Below the pieces are notes generated by a model. That model saw only the letters and a program-made list of their open reading frames with translations, was not told where the DNA came from and did no database searches. Below, piece after piece: positions 15,001 through 30,000 of a stretch of DNA of 64,000 bases (position 1 is the stretch's first letter; each line of letters begins with the position of its first letter). The DNA is from Eledone cirrhosa (taxonomy: Eukaryota): assembly GCA_964016885.1 (NCBI GenBank), contig OZ024745.1, forward strand, positions 21,390,001 through 21,454,000, in the 5' to 3' direction. Both the position numbers and the translations under genes were made by a program.

Positions 15001-18000
15001 ACGGTATTGACAAGACAGTATTTGACCGTAGGTCTGTTGTGAGCGTATTGACAAGATAGTATTTGACAATAGGTCTGTTGTGAGGGTATTGACAAGATAG
15101 TATTTGACTAAAGTTCTGTTGTGAGGGTATTGACAAGACGGTACTTGATCATAGGTGTGTTGTGAGGGTATTGACAAGACAGTACTTGATCATAGGTCTG
15201 TTGTGAGGGTATTGAGAAGACAGTACTTGCCTATAGGTCTTTTGTGAGGGTATTGACAATATAGTATTTGAACAAAGGTCTGTTGTGAGGGTATTGAAAA
15301 GACAGTATTTCACCATAGGTCTGTTGTGGGGATATTGACAAGACAGTATTTGACTAGAGGTCTGTTGTGAGGGTATTGACAAGAGAGTATTTGACCAAAG
15401 GTCTGTTGTGAGGGTATTGACAAGACAGTATTTGACCAAAGATCTGTTGTGAGCGTATTGACAAGACAGTACTTGACCATAGGTCTGTTGTGAGGGTATT
15501 GACAAGACAGTATTTGACCAAAGGTCTGTTGTGAGGGTATTGACAAGACAGTACTTGACCATACGTCTGTTGTGAGGTTATAGATAAGACAGTATTTGAC
15601 CAAAGGTCTGTTGTGAGGGTATTGACAAGACAGTACTTGACCATAGGTCTGTTGTGAGTGTATTCACAAGATAGTATTTGATAATAGGTCTGTTGTGAGG
15701 GTATTGACAAGACAGTATTTGACCAATGGTCTGTTGTGAGGGTATTGACATGACAGTATTTGATCATAGGTCTGTTGTGAGGGTATTGACAAGACAGTAT
15801 TTGACCAAAGGTCTGTTGTGAGGGTATTGACAAGACAGTATTTGACCAAAGGTCTGTTGTGAGGGTATTGACAAGACAGTATTTGACCAAAGGTCAGTTG
15901 TGAGGGTATTGACAAGACAGTATTTGATCATAGGTCTGTTGTGAGGGTATTGACAAGACAGTATTTGACTAAAGGTCCGTTCTGAGGGTATTGGCAAGAC
16001 AGTATTTGGCCATTGATCTGTTGTGAGGGTATTGACAAGATAGTATTTGACCATAGGTCTGTTGTGAGGGTATTGACAAGACAGTATTTGACCATAGGTC
16101 TGTTGTGACGGTATTGACAAGACAGTATTTGACCAAAGGTCAGTTGTGAGGGTATTGACAAGACAGTATTTGACCATAGGTCTGTTGTGAGGGTATTGAC
16201 AAGACAGTATTTGACCATAGGTCTGTTGTGAGGGTATTGACAAGACAGTATTTGACCATAGATCTGTTGTGAGAGTATTGACAAGATAGTATTTGACCAT
16301 AGGTCTGTTGTGAGGGTATTGACAAGACAGTATTTGACCAAAGGTCTGTTGTGAGGGTATTGATAAGACAGTATTTGACCAAAGGTCTGTAGTGAGGGTA
16401 TTGACAAGACAGTATTTGATCATAGGTCTGTTGTGAGGGTATTGACAAGACAGTATTTGATCATAGGTCTGTTGTGAGGGTATTGACAAGACAGTATTTG
16501 ACCAAAGCTCTGTTGTGAGGGTATTGACAAGACAGTATTTGACCAAAGGTCTGTTGTGAGGGTATTGGCAAGACAGTATTTGACCAAAGGTCTGTTGTGA
16601 GGGTATTGACAAGACAGTATTTGATCATAGGTCTGTTGTGAGGGTATTGACAAGACAGTATTTGACCAAAGGTCTGTTGTGAGGGTATTGACAAGACAGT
16701 ATTTGACCAAAGGTCTGTTGTGAGGGTATTGACTAGACAGTATTTGATCATAGGTCTGTTGTGAGGGTATTGACAAGACAGTATTTGATCATAGGTCTGT
16801 TGGGAGGGTATTGACAAGAGAGTATTTGCCCATAGGTCTGTTGTGAGGGTATTGACAAGACAGTTTTGACCATAGGTCTGTTGGAGCATATTGACAAGAT
16901 AGTATTTGACCATAGGTCTGTTGTGAGGGTATTGACAAGACAGTACTTGATCATAGGTCTCTTGTGAGGGTATTGACAAGACAGTATTTGATCATAGCTC
17001 TGTTGTGAGGGTATTGACATGACAGTATTTGACCAAAGGTCTATTGTGAGGGTATTGACAAGACAGTATTTGACCATAGGTCTGTTGTGAGGGTATTGGC
17101 AAGACAGTATTTGATCATAGGTCTATTGTGAGGGTATTGACAAGACAGTATTTGACCATAGGTCCGTTGTTAGGGTATTGACAAGACAGTATTTGACCAT
17201 AGGTCTGTTGTGAGGGTATTGACAAGACAGTACTTGGTCATAGGTCTCTTGTGATGGTATTGACAAGAGAGTATTTGACCATAGGTCTGTTGTGAGGTTA
17301 TTGACAACACAGTATTTGACAAGAAGTCTGTTGTGAGGGTATTGACAAGACACTATTTGCCATAGGTCTGTAGTGAGGGTATTGACAAGACAGTATTTGA
17401 CCAGAAGTCTGTTGTGAGGGTATTGACAAGACAGTATTTGACCAAAGGTCTGTTGTGAGGGTATTGACAAGACAGTATTTGATCATAGCTCTGTTGTGAG
17501 GTTATTGACAAGATAGTATTTGACCATAGGTCTGTTGTGAGGGTATTGACAAGACAGTATTTGACCAAAGGTCTTTTGTGAGGGTATTGACAAGACAGTA
17601 TTTGACCAAAGGTCTGTTGTGAGGGTATTGACAAGAAAGTTTTGACCATAGGTCTGTTGTGAGGGTATTGACAAGACAGTATTTGATCATAGGTCTGTTG
17701 TGAGGGTATTGACAAGACAATATTTGCCCATAGGTCTGTTGTGAGGGTATTGACAAGACAATATTTGCCCATAGGTCTGTTGTGAGGGTATTGACTATAG
17801 GTCTTTTGTGAGGGTATTGACAATATAGTATTTGAACAAAGGTCTGTTGTGAGGGTATTGAAAAGACAGTATTTCACCATAGGTCTGTTGTGAGGATATT
17901 GACAAGACAGTATTTGACTAAAGGTCTGTTGTGAGGGTATTGACAAGAGAGTATTTGACCAAAGGTCTGTTGTGAGGGTATTAACAAGACAGTATTTGAC

Positions 18001-21000
18001 CAAAGATCTGTTGTGAGCGTATTGACAAGACAGTACTTGACTATAGGTCTGTTGTGAGGGTATTGACAAGACAGTATTTGACCAAAGGTCTGTTGTGAGG
18101 GTATTGACAAGACAGTACTTGACCATACGTCTGTTGTGAGGTTATAGATAAGACAGTATTTGACCAAAGGTCTGTTGTGAGGGTATTGACAAGACAGTAC
18201 TTGACCATAGGTCTGTTGTGAGTGTATTCACAAGATAGTATTTGATAATAGGTCTGTTGTGAGGGTATTGACAAGACAGTATTTGACCAAAGGTCTGTTG
18301 TGAGGGTATTGACAAGACAGTATTTGATCATAGGTCTGTTGTGAGGGTATTGACAAGACAGTATTTGACCAAAGGTCTGTTTTGAGGGTATTGACAAGAC
18401 AGTAGTTGACCAAAGGTCTGTTGTGAGGGTATTGACAAGACAGTATTTGACCAAAGGTCTGTTGTGAGGGTATTGACAAGACAGTATTTCATCATAGGTC
18501 TGTTGTGAGGGTATTGACAAGACAGTATTTGACTAAAGGTCCGTTCTGAGGGTATTGGCAAGACAGTATTTGGCCATTGATCTGTTGTGAGGGTATTGAC
18601 AAGATAGTATTTGACCATAGGTCTGTTGTGAGGGTATTGACAATACAGTATTTGACCATAGGTCTGTTGTGACGGTATTGACAAGACAGTATTTGACCAA
18701 AGGTCAGTTGTGAGGGTATTGACAAGACAGTATTTGACCATAGGTCTGTTGTGAGGGTATTGACAAGACAGTATTTGACCATAGGTCTGTTGTGAGGGTA
18801 TTGACAAGACAGTATTTGACCATAGATCTGTTGTGAGAGTATTGACAAGATAGTATTTGACCATAGGTCTGTTGTGAGGGTATTGACAAGACAGTATTTG
18901 ACCAAAGGTCTATTGTGAGGGTATTGACAAGACAGTATTTGACCATGGATCTGACGTGAGGGTATTGGAAAGACAGTATTTGACCATAGGTCTGTTGTGA
19001 GGGTATTGACAAGACAGTTTTGACCATAGGTCTGTTGTGAGGTTATTGACAAGATAGTATTTGACCATAGTTCTGTTGTGAGGGTATTGACAAGATAGTA
19101 TTTGACAATAGTTCTGTTGTGAGGGTATTGACAAGATAGTATTTGCCCATAGGTCTGTTGTGAGGGTATTGACAAGACAGTTTTGACCATAGGTCTGTTG
19201 GAGCATATTGACAAGATAGTATTTGACCATAGGTCTGTTGTGAGGGTATTGACAAGACAGTACTTGATCATAGGTCTCTTGTGAGGGTATTGACAAGACA
19301 GTATTTGATCATAGCTCTGTTGTGAGGGTATTGACATGACAGTATTTGACCAAAGGTCTATTGTGAGGGTATTAACAAGACAGTATTTGACCATAGGTCT
19401 GTTGTGAGGGTATTGGCAAGACAGTATTTGATCATAGGTCTGTTGTGAGGGTATTGACAAGACAGTATTTGACCATAGGTCCGTTGTTAGGGTATTGACA
19501 AGACAGTATTTGACCATAGGTCTGTTGTGAGGGTATTGACAAGACAGTACTTGGTGATAGGTCTCTTGTGAGGGTATTGACAAGACAGTATTTGATCATA
19601 GCTCTGTTGTGAGGTTATTGACAAGATAGTATTTGACCATAGGTCTGTTGTGAGGGTATTGACAAGACAGTATTTGACCAAAGGTCTGTTGTGAGTGTAT
19701 TGACAAGACAGTATTTGACCAAAGGTCTGTTGTGAGGGTATTGACAAGACAGTTTTGACCATAGGTCTGTTGTGAGGGTATTGACAAGACAGTATTTGAT
19801 CATAGGTCTGTTGTGAGGGTATTGACAAGACAGTATTTGCCCATAGGTCTGTTGTGAGGGTATTGACAAGACAGTATTTGACCTTAGGTCTGTGGTGAGG
19901 GTATTGACATGACAGTATTTGATCATAGCTCTGTTGTGAGGGTATTGCCAAGACAGTATTTGACCATAGGTCTGTTGTGATGGTATTGACAAGAGAGTAT
20001 TTGACCATAGGTCTGTTGTGAGGTTATTGACAACACAGTATTTGACCAGAAGTCTGTTGTGAGGGTATTGACAAGACAGTATTTGACCAAAGGTCTGTTG
20101 TGAGGGTATTGACAAGACAGTATTTGATCATAGCTCTGTTGTGAGGGTATTGGCAAGACAGTATTTGACCAGAAGTCTGTTGTGAGGGTATTGACAAGAC
20201 AGTATTTGACCAAAGGTCTGTTGTGAGGGTATTGACAAGACAGTATTTGATCATAGGTCTGTTGTGAGGGTATTGGCAAGACAGTATTTGATCATAGGTC
20301 TATTGTGAGGGTATTGACAAGACAGTATTTGACCATAGGTCCGTTGTTAGGGTATTGACAAGACAGTATTTGACCATAGGTCTGTTGTGAGGGTATTGAC
20401 AAGACAGTACTTGGTCATAGGTCTCTTGTGATGGTATTGACAAGAGAGTATTTGACCATAGGTCTGTTGTGAGGTTATTGACAACACAGTATTTGACAAG
20501 AAGTCTGTTGTGAGGGTATTGACAAGACACTATTTGCCATAGGTCTGTAGTGAGGGTATTGACAAGACAGTATTTGACCAGAAGTCTGTTGTGAGGGTAT
20601 TGACAAGACAGTATTTGACCAAAGGTCTGTTGTGAGGGTATTGACAAGACAGTATTTGATCATAGCTCTGTTGTGAGGTTATTGACAAGATAGTATTTGA
20701 CCATAGGTCTGTTGTGAGGGTATTGACAAGACAGTATTTGACCAAAGGTCTGTTGTGAGGGTATTGACAAGAAAGTTTTGACCATAGGTCTGTTGTGAGG
20801 GTATTGACAAGACAGTATTTGATCATAGGTCTGTTGTGAGGGTATTGACAAGACAATATTTGCCCATAGGTCTGTTGTGAGGGTATTGACAAGACAATAT
20901 TTGCCCATAGGTCTGTTGTGAGGGTATTGACTATAGGTCTTTTGTGAGGGTATTGACAATATAGTATTTGAACAAAGGTCTGTTGTGAGGGTATTGAAAA

Positions 21001-24000
21001 GACAGTATTTCACCATAGGTCTGTTGTGAGGATATTGACAAGACAGTATTTGACTAAAGGTCTGTTGTGAGGGTATTGACAAGAGAGTATTTGACCAAAG
21101 GTCTGTTGTGAGGGTATTAACAAGACAGTATTTGACCAAAGATCTGTTGTGAGCGTATTGACAAGACAGTACTTGACTATAGGTCTGTTGTGAGGGTATT
21201 GACAAGACAGTATTTGACCAAAGGTCTGTTGTGAGGGTATTGACAAGACAGTACTTGACCATACGTCTGTTGTGAGGTTATAGATAAGACAGTATTTGAC
21301 CAAAGGTCTGTTGTGAGGGTATTGACAAGACAGTACTTGACCATAGGTCTGTTGTGAGTGTATTCACAAGATAGTATTTGATAATAGGTCTGTTGTGAGG
21401 GTATTGACAAGACAGTATTTGACCAAAGGTCTGTTGTGAGGGTATTGACAAGACAGTATTTGATCATAGGTCTGTTGTGAGGGTATTGACAAGACAGTAT
21501 TTGACCAAAGGTCTGTTTTGAGGGTATTGACAAGACAGTAGTTGACCAAAGGTCTGTTGTGAGGGTATTGACAAGACAGTATTTGACCAAAGGTCTGTTG
21601 TGAGGGTATTGACAAGACAGTATTTCATCATAGGTCTGTTGTGAGGGTATTGACAAGACAGTATTTGACTAAAGGTCCGTTCTGAGGGTATTGGCAAGAC
21701 AGTATTTGGCCATTGATCTGTTGTGAGGGTATTGACAAGATAGTATTTGACCATAGGTCTGTTGTGAGGGTATTGACAATACAGTATTTGACCATAGGTC
21801 TGTTGTGACGGTATTGACAAGACAGTATTTGACCAAAGGTCAGTTGTGAGGGTATTGACAAGACAGTATTTGACCATAGGTCTGTTGTGAGGGTATTGAC
21901 AAGACAGTATTTGACCATAGGTCTGTTGTGAGGGTATTGACAAGACAGTATTTGACCATAGATCTGTTGTGAGAGTATTGACAAGATAGTATTTGACCAT
22001 AGGTCTGTTGTGAGGGTATTGACAAGACAGTATTTGACCAAAGGTCTGTTGTGAGGGTATTGATAAGACAGTATTTGACCAAAGGTCTGTTGTGAGGGTA
22101 TTGACAAGACAGTATTTGATCATAGGTCTGTTGTGAGGGTATTGACAAGACAGTATTTGATCATAGGTCTGTTGTGAGGGTATTGACAAGACAGTATTTG
22201 ACCAAAGCTCTGTTGTGAGGGTATTGACAAGACAGTATTTGACCAAAGGTCTGTTGTGAGGGTATTGACAAGACAGTATTTGACCAAAGGTCTGTTGTGA
22301 GGGTATTGACAAGACAGTATTTGATCATAGGTCTGTTGTGAGGGTATTGACAAGACAGTATTTGACCAAAGGTCTGTTGTGAGGGTATTGACAAGACAGT
22401 ATTTGACCAAAGGTCTGTTGTGAGGGTATTGACAAGACAGTATTTGATCATAGGTCTGTTGTGAGGGTATTGACAAGACAGTATTTGATCATAGGTCTGT
22501 TGGGAGGGTATTCACAAGACAGTATTTGACCAAAGGCTTGTTGTGAGGGTATTGACAAGACAGTATTTGATCATAGGTCTGTTGTGAGGGTATTGACAAG
22601 ACAGTATTTGACCATAGGTCCGTTGTTAGAGTATTGACAAGACAGTATTTCACCATAGGTCTGTTGTGAGGGTATTGGCAAGACAGTATTTGACCATAGA
22701 TCTATTGTGAGGGTATTGACAAGATAGTATTTGACCATAGGTCCGTTGAGAGGGTATTGATAAGACAGTATTTGACCATAGGTCTGTTGTGAGGGTATTG
22801 ACAAGACAGTATTTGACCATGGATCTGACGTGAGGGTATTGGAAAGACAGTATTTGACCATAGGTCTGTTGTGAGGGTATTGACAAGACAGTTTTGACCA
22901 TAGGTCTGTTGTGAGGTTATTGACAAGATAGTATTTGACCATAGTTCTGTTGTGAGGGTATTGACAAGATAGTATTTGACAATAGTTCTGTTGTGAGGGT
23001 ATTGACAAGATAGTATTTGCCCATAGGTCTGTTGTGAGGGTATTGACAAGACAGTTTTGACCATAGGTCTGTTGGAGCATATTGACAAGATAGTATTTGA
23101 CCATAGGTCTGTTGTGAGGGTATTGACAAGACAGTACTTGATCATAGGTCTCTTGTGAGGGTATTGACAAGACAGTATTTGATCATAGCTCTGTTGTGAG
23201 GGTATTGACATGACAGTATTTGACCAAAGGTCTATTGTGAGGGTATTAACAAGACAGTATTTGACCATAGGTCTGTTGTGAGGGTATTGGCAAGACAGTA
23301 TTTGATCATAGGTCTGTTGTGAGGGTATTGACAAGACAGTATTTGACCATAGGTCCGTTGTTAGGGTATTGACAAGACAGTATTTGACCATAGGTCTGTT
23401 GTGAGGGTATTGACAAGACAGTACTTGGTGATAGGTCTCTTGTGAGGGTATTGACAAGACAGTATTTGATCATAGCTCTGTTGTGAGGTTATTGACAAGA
23501 TAGTATTTGACCATAGGTCTGTTGTGAGGGTATTGACAAGACAGTATTTGACCAAAGGTCTGTTGTGAGGGTATTGACAAGACAGTATTTGACCATAGAT
23601 CTGTTGTGAGAGTATTGACAAGATAGTATTTGACCATAGGTCTGTTGTGAGGGTATTGACAAGACAGTATTTGACCAAAGGTCTGTTGTGAGGGTATTGA
23701 TAAGACAGTATTTGACCAAAGGTCTGTTGTGAGGGTATTGACAAGAGAGTATTTGATCATAGGTCTGTTGTGAGGGTATTGACAAGACAGTATTTGATCA
23801 TAGGTCTGTTGTGAGGGTATAGACAAGACAGTATTTGACCAAAGCTCTGTTGTGAGGGTATTGACAAGACAGTATTTGACCAAAGGTCTGTTGTGAGGGT
23901 ATTGACAAGACAGTATTTGACCAAAGGTCTGTTGTGAGGGTATTGACAAGACAGTATTTGATCATAGGTCTGTTGTGAGGGTATTGACAAGACAGTATTT

Positions 24001-27000
24001 GACCAAAGGTCTGTTGTGAGGGTATTGACAAGACAGTATTTGACCAAAGGTCTGTTGTGAGGGTATTGACAAGACAGTATTTGATCATAGGTCTGTTGTG
24101 AGGGTATTGACAAGACAGTATTTGATCATAGGTCTGTTGGGAGGGTATTCACAAGACAGTATTTGACCAAAGGCTTGTTGTGAGGGTATTGACAAGACAG
24201 TATTTGATCATAGGTCTGTTGTGAGGGTATTGACAAGACAGTATTTGACCATAGGTCCGTTGTTAGAGTATTGACAAGACAGTATTTCACCATAGGTCTG
24301 TTGTGAGGGTATTGGCAAGACAGTATTTGACCATAGATCTATTGTGAGGGTATTGACAAGATAGTATTTGACCATAGGTCCGTTGAGAGGGTATTGATAA
24401 GACAGTATTTGACCATAGGTCTGTTGTGAGGGTATTGACAAGACAGTATTTGACCATGGATCTGACGTGAGGGTATTGGAAAGACAGTATTTGACCATAG
24501 GTCTGTTGTGAGGGTATTGACAAGACAGTTTTGACCATAGGTCTGTTGTGAGGTTATTGACAAGATAGTATTTGACCATAGTTCTGTTGTGAGGGTATTG
24601 ACAAGATAGTATTTGACAATAGTTCTGTTGTGAGGGTATTGACAAGATAGTATTTGCCCATAGGTCTGTTGTGAGGGTATTGACAAGACAGTTTTGACCA
24701 TAGGTCTGTTGGAGCATATTGACAAGATAGTATTTGACCATAGGTCTGTTGTGAGGGTATTGACAAGACAGTACTTGATCATAGGTCTCTTGTGAGGGTA
24801 TTGACAAGACAGTATTTGATCATAGCTCTGTTGTGAGGGTATTGACATGACAGTATTTGACCAAAGGTCTATTGTGAGGGTATTAACAAGACAGTATTTG
24901 ACCATAGGTCTGTTGTGAGGGTATTGGCAAGACAGTATTTGATCATAGGTCTGTTGTGAGGGTATTGACAAGACAGTATTTGACCATAGGTCCGTTGTTA
25001 GGGTATTGACAAGACAGTATTTGACCATAGGTCTGTTGTGAGGGTATTGACAAGACAGTACTTGGTGATAGGTCTCTTGTGAGGGTATTGACAAGACAGT
25101 ATTTGATCATAGCTCTGTTGTGAGGTTATTGACAAGATAGTATTTGACCATAGGTCTGTTGTGAGGGTATTGACAAGACAGTATTTGACCAAAGGTCTGT
25201 TGTGAGTGTATTGACAAGACAGTATTTGACCAAAGGTCTGTTGTGAGGGTATTGACAAGACAGTTTTGACCATAGGTCTGTTGTGAGGGTATTGACAAGA
25301 CAGTATTTGATCATAGGTCTGTTGTGAGGGTATTGACAAGACAGTATTTGCCCATAGGTCTGTTGTGAGGGTATTGACAAGACAGTATTTGACCTTAGGT
25401 CTGTGGTGAGGGTATTGACAAGACAGTATTTGATCATAGCTCTGTTGTGAGGGTATTGACAAGACAGTATTTGACCATAGGTCTGTTGTGATGGTATTGA
25501 CAAGAGAGTATTTGACCATAGGTCTGTTGTGAGGTTATTGACAACACAGTATTTGACCAGAAGTCTGTTGTGAGGGTATTGACAAGACACTATTTGCCAT
25601 AGGTCTGTAGTGAGGGTATTGACAAGACAGTATTTGACCAGAAGTCTGTTGTGAGGGTATTGACAAGACAGTATTTGACCAAAGGTCTGTTGTGAGGGTA
25701 TTGACAAGACAGTATTTGATCATAGCTCTGTTGTGAGGTTATTGACAAGATAGTATTTTACCATAGGTCTGTTGTGAGGGTATTGACAAGACAGTATTTG
25801 ACCAAAGGTCTGTTGTGAGGGTATTGACAAGACAGTATTTGACCAAAGGTCTGTTGTGAGGGTATTGACAAGACAGTTTTGACCATAGGTCTGTTGCGAG
25901 GGTATTGACAAGACAGTATTTGATCATAGGTCTGTTGTGAGGGTATTGACAAGACAATATTTGCCCATAGGTTTGTTGTGAGGGTATTGACAAGAGGTCT
26001 GTGGTGAGGGTATTAACAAGACAGTATTTGATCATAGCTCTGTTGTGAGGGTATTGACAAGACAGTATTTGACCATAGGTCTGTTGTGAGGGTATTGACA
26101 AGAGAGTATTTGACCATATGTCTGTTGTGAGGTTATTGACAACACAGTATTTGACCAGAAGTCTGTTGTGAGGGTATTGACAAGACACTATTTGACCATA
26201 GGTCTGTAGTGAGGGTATTGACAAGACAGTATTTGACCAGAAGTCTGTTGTGAGGGTATTGACAAGACAGTATTTGACCAAAGGTCTGTTGTGAGGGTAT
26301 TGACAAGACAGTACTTGATCATAGGTCTGTTGTGAGGGTATTGACAAGACAGTATTTGACAATAGGTCTGTTGCGAGGGTATTGACAAGACAGTATTTGA
26401 CCAATGTTCTGTTGTGAGGGTATTTACAAGAGAGTACTTGATCATAGGTCTGTTGTGAGAGTATTGACAAGACAGTACTTGACCATAGGTCTGTTGTGAG
26501 GGTATTGACAAGACAGTATTTGACCAATGGTCTGTTGTGAGGGTATTGACAAGACAGTATTTGACCAAAGGTCTGTTGTGAGGGTATTGACAAGACAGTA
26601 TTTGACCAAAGGTCTGTTGTGAGGGTATTGACAAGACAGTATTTGACCAAAGGTCTGTTGTGAGGGTATTGACAAGACAGTATTTGACCAAAGGTCTGTT
26701 GTGAGGGTATTGACAAGACAGTATTTGACCAAAGGTCTGTTGTGAGGGTATTGACAAGACAGTATTTGATCATAGGTCTGTTGTGAGGGTATTGGCAAGA
26801 CAGTATTTGACCATAGGTCTGTTGTGAGGGTATTGACAAGACAGTATTTGACCATAGGTCTGTGGTGAGGGTATTGACAAGACAGTAATTGATCATAGCT
26901 CTGTTGTGACGGTATTGACAAGACAGTATTTGACCTGAAGTCTGTTGTGAGGGTATTGACAACACAGTATTTGATCAGAAGTCTGTTGTGAGGGTATTGA

Positions 27001-30000
27001 CAAGACAGTATTTGACCATAGGTCTGTAGTGAGGGTATTGACAAGACAGTATTTGACCAGAAGTCTGTTGTGAGGGTATTGACAACACAGTATTTGACCA
27101 TAGGTCTGTTCTGAGGGTATTGCCAAGACAGGATTTGACCATAGGTCTGTTATGAGGGTATTGACAAGACAGTATTTGACCATAGGTCTGTAGTGAGTGT
27201 ATTGACAAGACAGTATTTGACCATAGGTCTGTTGTGAGGGTATTGACAAGACAGTATTTGACCAAAGGTATGTTGTGAGGGTATTGACAAGACCGTATTT
27301 GACCATAGGTCTGTTGTGAGGGTATTGACAAGACTGTATTTGACCAAAGGTCTGTTGTGAGGGTATTGACAACACAGTATTTGACCAGAAGTCTGTTGTG
27401 AGGGTATTGACAAGACACTATTTGCCATAGGTCTGTAGTGAGGGTTTTGACAAGACAGTATTTGACCAGAAGTCTGTTGTGAGGGTATTGACAAGACAGT
27501 ATTTGACCAAAGGTCTGTTGTGAGGCTATTGACAAGACAGTATTTGATCATAGCTCTGTTGTGAGGGTATTGACAGACAGTATTTGACCAAAGGTCTGTT
27601 GTGAGGGTATTGACAAGACAGTATTTGACCAAAGGTCTGTTGTGAGGGTATTGACAAGACAGTTTTGACCATAGGTCTGTTGTGAGGGTATTGACAAGAC
27701 AGTATTTGATCATAGGTCTGTTGTGAGTGTATTGACAAGACAGTATTTGCCCATAGGTCTGTTGTGAGGGTATTGACAAGACAGTATTTGACCATAGGTC
27801 TGTGGTGAGGGTATTAACAAGACAGTATTTGATCATAGCTCTGTTGTGAGGGTATTGACAAGACAGTATTTGACCATAGGTCTGTTGTGAGGGTATTGAC
27901 AAGAGAGTATTTGACCATAGGTCTGTTGTGAGGTTATTGACAACACAGTATTTGACCAGAAGTTTGTTGTGAGGGTATTGACAAGACACTATTTGACCAT
28001 AGGTCTGTAGTGAGGGTATTGACAAGACAGTATTTGACCAGAAGTCTGTTGTGAGGGTATTGACAAGACAGTATTTGACCAAAGGTCTGTTGTGAGGGTA
28101 TTGACAAGACAGTACTTGATCATAGGTCTGTTGTGAGGGTATTGACAAGACAGTATTTGACAATAGGTCTGTTGCGAGGGTATTGACAAGACAGTATTTG
28201 ACCAATGTTCTGTTGTGAGGGTATTAACAAGACAGTACTTGATCATAGGTCTGTTGTGAGATTATTGACAAGACAGTACTTGACCACAGGTCTGTTGTGA
28301 GGGTATTGACAAGACAGTATTTGACCAATGGTCTGTTGTGAGGGTATTGACAAGACAGTATTTGACGAAAGGTCTGTTGTGAGGGTATTGACAAGACAGT
28401 ATTTGACCATAGGTCTGTTGTGAGGGTATTGACAAGACAGTATTTGACCAAAGGTCTGTTGTGAGGGTATTGACAAGACAGTATTTGACCAAAGGTCTGT
28501 TGTGAGTGTATTGACAAGACAGTATTTGATCATAGGTCTGTTGTGAGATTATTGGCAAGACAGTATTTGACCATAGATCTATTGTGAGGGTATTGACAAG
28601 ATAGTATTTGAGCATAGGTCCGTTGAGAGGGTATTGATAAGACAGTATTTGACCATAGGTCTGTTGTGAGGGTATTGACAAGACAGTATTTGACCATAGA
28701 TCTGACGTGAGGGTATTGGAAAGACAGTATTTGACCATAGGTCTGTTGTGAGGGTATTGACAAGACAGTTTTGACCATAGGTCTGTTGTGAGGTTATTGA
28801 CAAGATAGTATTTGACCATAGTTCTGTTGTGAGGGTATTGACAAGATAGTATTTGACAATAGTTCTGTTGTGAGGGTATTGACAAGATAGTATTTGCCCA
28901 TAGGTCTGTTGTGAGGGTATTGACAAGACAGTTTTGACCATAGGTCTGTTGGAGCATATTGACAAGATAGTATTTGACCATAGGTCTGTTGTGAGGGTAT
29001 TGACAAGACAGTACTTGATCATAGGTCTCTTGTGAGGGTATTGACAAGACAGTATTTGATCATAGCTCTGTTGTGAGGGTATTGACATGACAGTATTTGA
29101 CCAAAGGTCTATTGTGAGGGTATTGACAAGACAGTATTTGACCATAGGTCTGTTGTGAGGGTATTGGCAAGACAGTATTTGATCATAGGTCTATTGTGAG
29201 GGTATTGACAAGACAGTATTTGACCATAGGTCCGTTGTTAGGGTATTGACAAGACAGTATTTGACCATAGGTCTGTTGTGAGGGTATTGACAAGACAGTA
29301 CTTGGTCATAGGTCTCTTGTGATGGTATTGACAAGAGAGTATTTGACCATAGGTCTGTTGTGAGGTTATTGACAACACAGTATTTGACAAGAAGTCTGTT
29401 GTGAGGGTATTGACAAGACACTATTTGCCATAGGTCTGTAGTGAGGGTATTGACAAGACAGTATTTGACCAGAAGTCTGTTGTGAGGGTATTGACAAGAC
29501 AGTATTTGACCAAAGTTCTGTTGTGAGGGTATTGACAAGACAGTATTTGATCATAGCTCTGTTGTGAGGTTATTGACAAGATAGTATTTGACCATAGGTC
29601 TGTTGTGAGGGTATTGACAAGACAGTATTTGACCAAAGGTCTTTTGTGAGGGTATTGACAAGACAGTATTTGACCAAAGGTCTGTTGTGAGGGTATTGAC
29701 AAGAAAGTTTTGACCATAGGTCTGTTGTGAGGGTATTGACAAGACAGTATTTGATCATAGGTCTGTTGTGAGGGTATTGACAAGACAATATTTGCCCATA
29801 GGTCTGTTGTGAGGGTATTGACAAGACAATATTTGCCCATAGGTCTGTTGTGAGGGTATTGACTATAGGTCTTTTGTGAGGGTATTGACAATATAGTATT
29901 TGAACAAAGGTCTGTTGTGAGGGTATTGAAAAGACAGTATTTCACCATAGGTCTGTTGTGAGGATATTGACAAGACAGTATTTGACTAAAGGTCTGTTGT

